Of a DNA stretch of 64,000 bases, positions 53,456 to 61,463 are shown piece after piece; position 1 is the first letter of the stretch, and each line of letters opens with the position of its first letter. Below the pieces are notes generated by a model. It was not told where the DNA came from, made no database searches, and saw only the letters and a program-made list of their open reading frames with translations. Both the position numbers and the translations under genes were made by a program. The stretch is from a virus. Lineage: Duplodnaviria; Caudoviricetes. The DNA lies in the IMG/VR virus record IMGVR_UViG_3300033067_001375, positions 3,519-67,518 of that record; one strand, written 5' to 3'.

Positions 53456-54463
53456 ATGAGTGACGCGATGACCACAACAACCGATTTGCCAGCCGGGTTC
53501 GTTATTCCTGAGGCTCAGCAAGAGGCGGCCCCAGTGGCCCCAGCGGCAACCCCAAGTGCCATTGAGTTTGGCAAGAAACTGCAAGAGCAAACGAGCGGTT
53601 GTGCGTTGCACACGTACGCGCTCAGCCGCCGCCGAACTATGTCACGCGGTGCCCTCAACCAAGTGGCCGGCATGTTTGAAGCGGAAACCGATTCGATTGG
53701 CGGATCCCGCGAGATTATCAGCCGCAAGCACGAATTCGTTAAGCCGGTCTATATGCTGCTTGACCGCGCGAAAGACTTGGTGCGCACCTATACGATTGAC
53801 TACCCTGAAAAGGGCGTGCGGCTGATCAAGATTGATCGAATCGAATTGGTTGTTGGTAAGATCAACGAAATTCGCGATGAGCTCAACAAGGCGTTGTTGG
53901 CCTTGCGTGACAACTGGCAATCGGTCAAAGATGACGCCAAAAATCGGTTGGGCAATCTCTACAACGAGGGTGACTATCCACTTGACCCAACGGTTGGCTA
54001 TGGCGTTGAGCTCACGTTTCCAGCGATCAAGCCGGATGATCGTTTGGCTCAATTACACCCTGAGCTTTTCAAGCAAGAGCAAGAGCGTATTGCGGCCCGA
54101 TTCGCTGACGCGGTGAAACAAGCCGAGGCAGTGGCGGCCGATGAGCTCACCAAAATGCTTGATCACTTGATTGAGCGGCTGACGCCGGCCGATGGCGGAT
54201 CCAAGAAAACGTTGCATGAGACGACGGTAACCAACTTGGTTGACTTCGCTAAGCGGTTCAAGGATATGAGCGTAGGTAGCAACGCTGACCTTGAGGCCTT
54301 GGTTGCCGAAGTGGAAAAGGCGGCCAGCGGCATTGACGTTAAGACGTTGCGAAAGAGCGACGGCGGTGCCATCGGCAAGATCAAAGAAAAGGTGCAAGGG
54401 TTGCGGGCCAAGATGGATGAGCTTGTCATTGCCCGGCCGATTCGCGAGCTCGATTTGGATTAA
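53456..54463 (+). CDS. DUF3150-like helical protein
   Basis: ...RLGNLYNEGDYP... pattern and long helices; ends RELDLD. Confidence 0.55.
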   Translation: MSDAMTTTTDLPAGFVIPEAQQEAAPVAPAATPSAIEFGKKLQEQTSGCALHTYALSRRRTMSRGALNQVAGMFEAETDSIGGSREIISRKHEFVKPVYMLLDRAKDLVRTYTIDYPEKGVRLIKIDRIELVVGKINEIRDELNKALLALRDNWQSVKDDAKNRLGNLYNEGDYPLDPTVGYGVELTFPAIKPDDRLAQLHPELFKQEQERIAARFADAVKQAEAVAADELTKMLDHLIERLTPADGGSKKTLHETTVTNLVDFAKRFKDMSVGSNADLEALVAEVEKAASGIDVKTLRKSDGGAIGKIKEKVQGLRAKMDELVIARPIRELDLD

Positions 54464-54479
54464 ATTTTTTCGATGGGCC

Positions 54480-54515
54480 GCGCCTAGTTTTTCGCCGGGC
54501 GCGGCCTTTCATTGT
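54480..54515 (+). promoter_or_regulatory. Class A promoter-like motif inside a 10-bp inverted repeat
   Basis: GCGCCTA-N17-GCCTTTCATTGT; GGCCGCGCCT/GGGCGCGGCC stem at 54476-54506. Confidence 0.65.
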
Positions 54516-54550
54516 AGGCTGATCGGTAACAAGCAAACTGAGGGTTAAAA

Positions 54551-55012
54551 ATGTCACACGTCACAACGGTTGATTTGGAAGTTAAGGATTTAGATTGCCT
54601 CGCAAAGGCGGCTGAGTTTCTTGGTCTTGAGCTTGTACGCGATGTTAAAACGTACAAGTGGTGGGGGCGGTTTGTGGGCGATTACAACGACCCGGCAATC
54701 AAGGCTATGGGCCTGACGCCTGAGAATCACGGCAAGTGTGAGCACAAGCTACGCGTAAAGGGCGCCGGTTCTGAGACGTATGAGATTGGCCTTGTGATGG
54801 TCGACGGCTCATGGCGGCTCTTATTTGACTTCTACGCGGGCGGTAATGGCCTCATGCAAAAGATCAGCCGCGTTGGCGCACGCGGTAAGGATTGCGATTT
54901 GTTGGTGCAAGAGTACGCGGCCGAAGTGGCTAAAAAGCAACTGCGCCGCAAGGGTCTACGGTTCACCGAACGCCGCGAAAACGGCAAGATCAAGCTCACG
55001 GCTCAGGTTTAA
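54551..55012 (+). CDS. DUF1257 (Ycf35-like) protein
   Basis: MSH...V...VKDLDCL.KA...LG...EIGL...DG.W.L.FD.Y...L.QEYA. Confidence 0.82.
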   Translation: MSHVTTVDLEVKDLDCLAKAAEFLGLELVRDVKTYKWWGRFVGDYNDPAIKAMGLTPENHGKCEHKLRVKGAGSETYEIGLVMVDGSWRLLFDFYAGGNGLMQKISRVGARGKDCDLLVQEYAAEVAKKQLRRKGLRFTERRENGKIKLTAQV

Positions 55013-55028
55013 TTTTCAGCGCAAGTTT

Positions 55029-55042
55029 TGTAAACGTTTACA
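55029..55042. promoter_or_regulatory. 14-bp palindrome (copy 13)
   Basis: Perfect copy, 17 nt before ATG 55060. Confidence 0.85.
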
Positions 55043-55059
55043 ACGTTCAAAGGTGAATC

Positions 55060-55251
55060 ATGGCAGGGACAATTGACATTGAGATTGATGAAAAGGGCGC
55101 CGCAACCGTCAAGGTGCAAGGCGTTGCTGGCAAGTCTTGCAAAGATTTGACGGCCAATATTGAGGCCGCGCTTGGCAAGGTTGCCAAGACTGAGCCCACG
55201 CGGGAAATGAATAGCCCGGCCGTTCACAAGCGTACTCAGGGGCAAAAGTAA
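55060..55251 (+). CDS. DUF2997 protein
   Basis: I.I.ID..G...VKV.G..G.SC..LT..IE.ALG.V.....T.E. Confidence 0.85.
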   Translation: MAGTIDIEIDEKGAATVKVQGVAGKSCKDLTANIEAALGKVAKTEPTREMNSPAVHKRTQGQK

Positions 55252-55288
55252 GGTAGCGTTGTTGTTGACTCCTCCAACGCACTTTGCG

Positions 55289-55329
55289 AGGCCGTTGCTG
55301 CTTGAGGGGAAGCGGCAACGGCCTTTTTT
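55289..55329 (+). terminator. Intrinsic terminator
   Basis: 15-bp stem AGGCCGTTGCTGCTT/AAGCGGCAACGGCCT followed by a T run. Confidence 0.85.
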
Positions 55330-55344
55330 CATGGAGTTGAAAAG

Positions 55345-56100
55345 ATGGCTTTCAAGATCGGTGATTCGGTTTACATCAAACACGCTGGCATTGTTTTGTA
55401 CAGCGCAACCGTCGTTGATCCGATGCCCGGCGAAAAATGGGTTACTGTGCATGGCTACAACCTGGGCATTAAATACGACAAAGAGCAATTGCACAAAAAC
55501 GTTGTCCGTGTGCGTGAGAGTAATGTTGAGAAAGCCTTGGCGGGTGACGTGCCTTGTTGCAACGTGCACGGCGGAAAGCTTGTAAGGCGAACGGGCAAGC
55601 GGCGAACGTTCCACGCGTGCCCTGAGTGTGATGTTGGTTGGTGGGAAAGGGACGCCTACAAAACAGTTTCCTATCCGGCCAACCAAGCTGTCAGAACAGC
55701 ACGTCTTGAGCTCTGTAAACTCATGCCGGTAAATTGCAGCTACACCTACAAAGTCATGGCGTTTGTGATCGAAAAAACTGGCGGCTCAATCGGGCGGCTC
55801 AACTTCAAAGAGTGCCAAGATTTAACGCGTATCTGCAAGCGCGGCGGCGTGATGCGTTTCGATGACTGGGACGGCAATTGTTGGCGGCTCAGTAGTCTTG
55901 AGGGCGATGAGGCCTACGCAAACGTTGGCCTTGATCGAATGCCCGGCTACTGCAATCGGCACGCGTTTGACCCGGTAACTATGTGGTGCGGATTCTGTGG
56001 CGTCAGCGCAGAGCTTGTAAGATTTGGGACGACAAAAGTTGATCCAAAGGCGGCCTTTAATAGTACCAAGCCAACTGTTTGGCGGGAAATCGAATTGTAG
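55345..56100 (+). CDS. Multi-domain protein with a DUF3268-like zinc finger
   Basis: CNVHGG...FHACPECD...PANQAVRTAR; C-terminal HAFD...CGFCG. Confidence 0.65.
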   Translation: MAFKIGDSVYIKHAGIVLYSATVVDPMPGEKWVTVHGYNLGIKYDKEQLHKNVVRVRESNVEKALAGDVPCCNVHGGKLVRRTGKRRTFHACPECDVGWWERDAYKTVSYPANQAVRTARLELCKLMPVNCSYTYKVMAFVIEKTGGSIGRLNFKECQDLTRICKRGGVMRFDDWDGNCWRLSSLEGDEAYANVGLDRMPGYCNRHAFDPVTMWCGFCGVSAELVRFGTTKVDPKAAFNSTKPTVWREIEL

Positions 56101-56135
56101 CGCCTAAGAAAACAGGAAACTAGGCCTTTAACTGA
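56100..56135 (+). promoter_or_regulatory. Class A promoter-like motif
   Basis: GCGCCTA-N17-GCCTTTAACTGA upstream of csrA. Confidence 0.65.
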
Positions 56136-56146
56136 GAGGGATACGG

Positions 56147-56377
56147 ATGTTAGTTTTACAGCGCCAAGAGGGCGAAAAGATCATTTGCCGAATTGAAGAT
56201 ATTGAGGCTTTGAAAAATGGGGATGAAATCGTTATTGATATCGCGTCGGCTCGCGGCAATCGGATCAAGGTGGGCATTGAGGCGCCGCTTGCAATTCGAA
56301 TCTTGCGGGCTGAGCTTGCGGACGATAGTAATTTCGGAAACCGGAGAGATAAGCTACCTATCAGCCCAAACGCTTGA
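56147..56377 (+). CDS. csrA: CsrA-like RNA-binding regulator
   Basis: MLVL.R..GE.I...G..IKVGIEAP..I.ILR.EL. Confidence 0.85.
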   Translation: MLVLQRQEGEKIICRIEDIEALKNGDEIVIDIASARGNRIKVGIEAPLAIRILRAELADDSNFGNRRDKLPISPNA

Positions 56378-56642
56378 TGATGCCTTTGACGGCAAGCAGA
56401 GCAAGCGCCGGGCCTCTCACGTTGAGCCGGTCAATGTTGTGCTCAGGCCAGCGTTTCACGTCTTGCGTTGGGCGTTCGGTGAGAGCGGCCGCGTTGCAAA
56501 GTGGACGCGGCATTGGGCTTGCAAGTGGCGAGTGAATCTTAGCCCTAGCAACGGGCCAACCTTCGGCCGTTTCATTTCGCGGGATATCGCGATAGCGGCC
56601 GAGGAGCGATGGCTTGAGGCCAATTACCTTTGAGGTAGGAAA

Positions 56643-57149
56643 ATGCAGACGTTAGCCGAAGTTGGGTTAGAGCGTGACGGCCAGATTATCAGCGGCTATG
56701 ATGCGGCGCACGACGACGAAAAAAACGGCGGCGGGGAAATGATTTCAGCCGCTATAAGTGTCCTTAGGCACACACGCGGCGAAATCGCCAACGATAAGTT
56801 TGGCATTTGCGATAAGTGGAAAGGAAACAACCGGCGGTTGATAATCATAGCGGCCGCGTTGTTGGTTGCTGAGATTGACCGGCTTGACCGGATCACTGAT
56901 CGGAATGAGGCGCTAAAGGGCGTGCCTGAGATTGAGCCCAAGCCGCAAGATCCGGCGGCCAAGTTGTTGAAGTGGTTCAGCTATCAACACCTTGCCAAAG
57001 AGGAGGTGCGCGCGGTTTCGCGCCGGTTCTCAATCATGGCTCAGATGATCATTGAATCTATGCCCCCGTGCGCTGAGCGAACAAAGTGCATGAGCAAGTT
57101 GCTTGAGGCCAAAGATTGTGCGGTGAGAGCAACGCTCGACCCGTCTTAG
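56643..57149 (+). CDS. Two-domain phage hypothetical protein
   Basis: ER..QI..GY...HDD...AALLVAEIDRLDR, followed by F.Y.HL...KLLEAKDCAVRA. Confidence 0.75.
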   Translation: MQTLAEVGLERDGQIISGYDAAHDDEKNGGGEMISAAISVLRHTRGEIANDKFGICDKWKGNNRRLIIIAAALLVAEIDRLDRITDRNEALKGVPEIEPKPQDPAAKLLKWFSYQHLAKEEVRAVSRRFSIMAQMIIESMPPCAERTKCMSKLLEAKDCAVRATLDPS

Positions 57150-57174
57150 CGTGAGTAGTTTTGAGTGTTGAGTT

Positions 57175-57188
57175 TGTAAACGTTTACA
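57175..57188. promoter_or_regulatory. 14-bp palindrome (copy 14)
   Basis: Perfect copy, 17 nt before ATG 57206. Confidence 0.85.
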
Positions 57189-57205
57189 AGGATTGGGTTG
57201 ATCGA

Positions 57206-57625
57206 ATGACGAAAGAGATTGATGATGTGAAAGCGGCCGATGATGCTGTGGCGGCTGAGGCCGAGACGGATCCAACGCCGGCTGAGAAAAAACGCAAGAC
57301 GTTTTCGCTGGGGGACAAAATCAAGATCGTTGATTTGCTACGCGGCCGCGTTGAGCCCTTCATTGATGACACAAAAGATGGCGTTGCGCGACAAGTTTCT
57401 GAGGCAACCGGCGTTGATATGCCGGCAAGTAGTTTGTACTACCTTGTTGATGAGTTGCCAGAGTTCAAGCTTGCCGAAAAACTGATCGTCAAGACTGAGC
57501 CGAAAATGATGGAGCAACAAGTCAAAGAGCTTGAGCGCGAAGTGAGTAAGCTCAACGAAACGGTGACGTTGCTCACTTCGCAAGTGTTCGAGATGGCGGC
57601 TATCGTTCGGTGGGATGGTAGATAA
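57206..57625 (+). CDS. Hypothetical protein with a C-terminal coiled coil
   Basis: ORF following the palindrome. Confidence 0.65.
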   Translation: MTKEIDDVKAADDAVAAEAETDPTPAEKKRKTFSLGDKIKIVDLLRGRVEPFIDDTKDGVARQVSEATGVDMPASSLYYLVDELPEFKLAEKLIVKTEPKMMEQQVKELEREVSKLNETVTLLTSQVFEMAAIVRWDGR

Positions 57626-57652
57626 GGTTTAATAAGGTTTAGCAACTGAACT

Positions 57653-58582
57653 ATGGCACTGACACCACAACAGATTGCGGCCCGCCAATTTCGGATTGGT
57701 GGGTCAGAGCTTGCGGCGATCATCGGGGACAACCCGTATTGTTCGCCATACGAATTGTGGGCGCGAAAAACAAATCGTTTACGTGTCAACTATTCAGATG
57801 AGGAAAATGAAGCGATTGAGCTCGGTAACATGATCGAGCCGTTGCTACTCAGTTGGTTTGAAATACGGCAAGGCAAACCGATTGAGCGCGGTGGTGAGGT
57901 TGCAAGTGACGACGGCCTAGTTGTCACGCTGCTTGATGGAAAGTTTTACGACAACTCAGCGGTGGTTGAGGCTAAGACCTCGATGCTTGCCGGGTGGTCA
58001 CGCAAGCTTGCCGATCAATGGACGCGTGAAAGTTTCCCGCGCTACTACTGGTGGCAAATTCAAGCTCAGATGCACGCGGCGAAGATCCCCAAGGGGTTTC
58101 TCATTGCGCTCATCGGCGGCAAGGGCCGTGTAGTGTACGAGGTTGAGTATGATCAAGAGACGATTGTTAAGGCTCTTGAGGTTGCGCGTGAGTGGTGGGA
58201 TTTGCACGTTGGCTTTGATCAAGAGCCGCTAGCGGTACCGCCAAAGGACGCCGATGTTATCCGGCGCATGCACGCAAAGATCGGTGAGGCAGTTGAGCTA
58301 ACCGATGAGGACGCCGATGATGTTGACCGGGCCAATGAGTTGAACGATGAGGCCACGGAGCTCATTAAAAACGTCAAGGCAATCAAGGCGGCTCTTGCGT
58401 GCAAGATGGGTGAGGCAACCGAGGGTTTGCTTCCCGATGGACGGCTAGTCTCTTTCAGAGAAAAGAACGTCAAGGGTTATTGGGTAAAGCCGCGTACGCA
58501 ACGTGAGCTAAGATTACCCAAAACGATTAAGCTGGAAGCTGAGGACGATGACGAAAGCGAAGATTTCGCCGCGTTCGAATGA
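57653..58582 (+). CDS. YqaJ-like (lambda-exonuclease family) nuclease
   Basis: R...IGGSE...I.G.NPY.SP..LW..KT; LDG; EAKT; Y..Q.Q.QM. Confidence 0.92.
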   Translation: MALTPQQIAARQFRIGGSELAAIIGDNPYCSPYELWARKTNRLRVNYSDEENEAIELGNMIEPLLLSWFEIRQGKPIERGGEVASDDGLVVTLLDGKFYDNSAVVEAKTSMLAGWSRKLADQWTRESFPRYYWWQIQAQMHAAKIPKGFLIALIGGKGRVVYEVEYDQETIVKALEVAREWWDLHVGFDQEPLAVPPKDADVIRRMHAKIGEAVELTDEDADDVDRANELNDEATELIKNVKAIKAALACKMGEATEGLLPDGRLVSFREKNVKGYWVKPRTQRELRLPKTIKLEAEDDDESEDFAAFE

Positions 58583-58604
58583 TGAGCCGCCGGGCTTTGC
58601 GGCG

Positions 58605-58964
58605 ATGCTCAATGGCTATGGTGACTTGTTGCTTGGTGCGCTTATCGTTGACCCTTCGCGGATCCATGACGAAAACGTTGCCAAGCTACAGGTCACCGAT
58701 TGCCCCTCAGAGCTCTTGCAACGCGTTGTAGTGACGTTGCGATACAAAGCTGACATAGATGAGCGGGCGCTTGCTGGGGCGTGCGTGGTTGGCTACGGCT
58801 ACTCATGCCGGGCTGAGCTAGTCAACGCCACGGCTCACGCAGTGCCGTATCTTGCCGGTTGGTACGCGGCAAACATTCGAAGGTTGCAGCGTTCGCGGCG
58901 GTTGTTTTGGAAGTACGCCCGAAAGACTGAGGAGGCCCGGTTGAAAATGTTGCGTGATTTCTGA
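58605..58964 (+). CDS. Hypothetical protein
   Basis: ORF between the exonuclease and annealing protein; start uncertain. Confidence 0.55.
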   Translation: MLNGYGDLLLGALIVDPSRIHDENVAKLQVTDCPSELLQRVVVTLRYKADIDERALAGACVVGYGYSCRAELVNATAHAVPYLAGWYAANIRRLQRSRRLFWKYARKTEEARLKMLRDF

Positions 58965-59016
58965 TTCGAAGCGACCAAAGTTGTCCGGATCCGGCGTTAA
59001 ATGGTAGCCTGAGTTT

Positions 59017-59030
59017 TGTAAACGTTTACA
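59017..59030. promoter_or_regulatory. 14-bp palindrome (copy 15)
   Basis: Perfect copy, 10 nt before ATG 59041. Confidence 0.85.
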
Positions 59031-59040
59031 AGTTTTGAGG

Positions 59041-60081
59041 ATGATGATGACCGAACTACAACCCGGCTTACCGCAGCAGCAGAGGATTGACGATGAGACG
59101 CGAAAGCAACTCAACCTAGAGATTTGGAATTCTCTTTCGATCACTGACCCGGCTTTCACGCGTGAGATTGAGGGCAAGGATTACAAGGGCACAACCGTCA
59201 AGCCTCATTATGTGGTATGGCGATTGACTGAGAAGTTTGGCCCGGTTGGTGTAGGTTGGGGTTGGGAAATCGTCGATGAGCGAATTGACGCGTTTGGCGA
59301 ACATGAACGAATGCACGTTGTGCGAATGCGTTTTTGGTATCGGCCTATCATTGCCGGCATTCAAGTTGAAGAGCGCGCGACAATTGAACAGTTTGGGCAG
59401 ACACGATACGCCTACCTAACAAAAGGATCAGACACGCGGCCGGGCTACTTAAAGGTTGATGAGGACGCCCCGAAGAAATCAATCACTGATGCGCTCACGA
59501 AGTGTGCAAGCTACGTTGGGGCGGCCGGCGATATTTTCCTCGGTCAGTGGTGCGAAAGTTACGTTGGCCGTGCACGCAACTACATTTCGCGCACTGGTCA
59601 CGGCCCAAAGCAACCGTTGGCTCAAGCCGATGGCAACAACCCGGTAAGCGGTAAGCCTCAGAACGTTGCAACGCCTGAGACGAAAAAGACAACGACGGCT
59701 GAACAGACTAAGGCACAAACGCAAATCCCGCCGTCACCAAAAACGCTCGAGGAGTTGGCTGAATTCGCTTTGAAAATCGAAAAGAGCGTTAGCGAGAAAG
59801 AGGTTACCGGATACGGCCTTACTGTTTACAAGTGGTACGTTGACCGTGACAAAGTATCGCTAGTGCCTATGCTGCAAGAGAAAGAGTTTGCCAAGCTAAA
59901 GGAGTTGGCAGGAAAGATCGTTCAGCGGCGCAGCGAGCTTGTTATCAGTAAGACGATGCCCCTATTTAAGCAAATGTCCGAAACGCTGGTTTCGTGTGGT
60001 TTGCTAACCAAGTCACAAGCAGACGTTCCATATAACTTGGCACGCACGCGATTAAATTACGTTGAACCAAGTCAGCAGTAG
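59041..60081 (+). CDS. Rad52/Sak-like single-strand annealing protein
   Basis: RLTEKFGPVG.GWGWEI...DEDAPKKS.TDALTKCAS.VG...DIF.G; adjacent to YqaJ. Confidence 0.75.
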   Translation: MMMTELQPGLPQQQRIDDETRKQLNLEIWNSLSITDPAFTREIEGKDYKGTTVKPHYVVWRLTEKFGPVGVGWGWEIVDERIDAFGEHERMHVVRMRFWYRPIIAGIQVEERATIEQFGQTRYAYLTKGSDTRPGYLKVDEDAPKKSITDALTKCASYVGAAGDIFLGQWCESYVGRARNYISRTGHGPKQPLAQADGNNPVSGKPQNVATPETKKTTTAEQTKAQTQIPPSPKTLEELAEFALKIEKSVSEKEVTGYGLTVYKWYVDRDKVSLVPMLQEKEFAKLKELAGKIVQRRSELVISKTMPLFKQMSETLVSCGLLTKSQADVPYNLARTRLNYVEPSQQ

Positions 60082-60114
60082 TAACCCTTAGAGAACGTAG
60101 AAAGATTCTGGATT

Positions 60115-61152
60115 ATGACAACGAAGAAAAAGACAACCACCAAGGCGCAGGGAACGCGGCCGCCGGCTGAGGATGTTTGGCAGATTGCGACGGTTCCACT
60201 TGCGGACGTGGTTTTGAATCCCGATTATCAGATGAGAGTTGAGGCGCGGTCTCCGTCTGAGTATTTCGAAGCGATTGTAAACCGCAACGGTGATTGGCCG
60301 TTTCCGCCGATCAAGTGTTGTGAGGTTCGCGGAAAGCTGATTTGTGTTGATGGCTTTACGCGTTGCCAAGCGGCTCTTGATTACGTTGCTGAAAAGAGTG
60401 TTGAAGGGTTCTCTATTCCGGTTTCGTACAAGAAAGCGACGGCGCGTGAGGCGTTGATTGAGGCGTTGAAGTCTAACGCCGATCACGGTTACCGGCGCAC
60501 CAACGCGGATAAGCGAAACGCTGTGTTGCGGGCAATCGGTGCGATGCCAACGGCGACGGCTCACAAGATTGCTGACGCTTGCAGTGTGAGCCATACATAC
60601 GTTTACACAATCAAGGCGCAACTCACAACTGATAGCGAAGCGCCAACGGCTGAGCAAGTGACCGCGACGGCCGCCGATCATGAGGCCAACGCGGCGGCTG
60701 AGACGTTGCATCAAGAGCAACTGACGGCGGCTGAGAACAAACAGAAAGAGCTTGGCGCGTGCCCCAACTGCAAAGTCAAAGGCCGCTGGATTGAGCGCGA
60801 TGACGGTTGGGTATGTGGTGACTGTTTACACCCGCACGGTGAGCCGGCGGGCAATGAGGATGAAAAAGAGGCTGAGCCGGTGGCGCCAAAAACGCCTGAG
60901 CCTGAGCCCGTGACCGTTGATGAAACAACGCCGTCCGGTTTCGAGGTGCCCGATGTAGAGCAACCGGATGACACCAAGAAAAACAGCAAGCCAGCCAAGC
61001 CAACGGCGGCTATGCTCAACTTGCGAGCGGACAAGATCAAGAAAGCCAAGGCGGCCGTTGGTGTGATCGTTCGCATTGCTGACGACCTTGGGTTCACTGA
61101 TTCGATTACTTCGGCGATTGAAGCGATACAAGCCAAGCTTGCAGAGGGCTAA
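60115..61152 (+). CDS. ParB-like N-terminal domain plus HTH protein
   Basis: FPPI....V.G.L..VDGF.R..A; SNA.HG..RT..DKR.AV; HTH TAHKIADACSVSHTYV. Confidence 0.8.
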   Translation: MTTKKKTTTKAQGTRPPAEDVWQIATVPLADVVLNPDYQMRVEARSPSEYFEAIVNRNGDWPFPPIKCCEVRGKLICVDGFTRCQAALDYVAEKSVEGFSIPVSYKKATAREALIEALKSNADHGYRRTNADKRNAVLRAIGAMPTATAHKIADACSVSHTYVYTIKAQLTTDSEAPTAEQVTATAADHEANAAAETLHQEQLTAAENKQKELGACPNCKVKGRWIERDDGWVCGDCLHPHGEPAGNEDEKEAEPVAPKTPEPEPVTVDETTPSGFEVPDVEQPDDTKKNSKPAKPTAAMLNLRADKIKKAKAAVGVIVRIADDLGFTDSITSAIEAIQAKLAEG

Positions 61153-61154
61153 CC

Positions 61155-61463
61155 ATGAGCGGATCAGAGATTGATTATCACTTTGCGTTTGAGCACTTCG
61201 AACGCGAAGTGAGGCCGGTTGTTATCTGGCGCGTTGTGTTTAGCACGGCGGCGGGCAACGCCAACGCGTTACAGTTGACGCGGTACTATAGCGGGCATGA
61301 TGCAAAAGAAAAAGTTGACGCGATTGCGGCCGACAAAACTAAGCGCGTTATCAGCGTTGATAAGTACGTGATGGCGTTGAATAGCTCATTGAAGGATCAG
61401 AAACTTGCAATCGTTAATACCATGCCTACCGCCGCTCAAGAGTCACCAAAGCAAGGGACTTGA
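61155..61463 (+). CDS. Hypothetical protein
   Basis: GAGGG SD. Confidence 0.6.
   Translation: MSGSEIDYHFAFEHFEREVRPVVIWRVVFSTAAGNANALQLTRYYSGHDAKEKVDAIAADKTKRVISVDKYVMALNSSLKDQKLAIVNTMPTAAQESPKQGT

Noticed and set aside
56217-56633. ORF overlapping csrA
   Set aside because: The 3' part may be a real small gene, but I could not place a credible start outside csrA.
58971-59007. Class A-like motif GCGACCA-N16-GCGTT
   Set aside because: Spacer is one base short and the downstream element mismatches; left out of the set.
3663-59030. Palindrome copies as a CRISPR array or integron attC array
   Set aside because: Copies are only 14 bp, dispersed at irregular kb-scale distances, with no spacers of regular length and no cas or integrase gene in the window.
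60088-61136. Long minus-strand ORFs opposite the ParB-like gene, and similar shadows opposite other genes
   Set aside because: No motifs or RBS; explained by codon bias of the sense gene.
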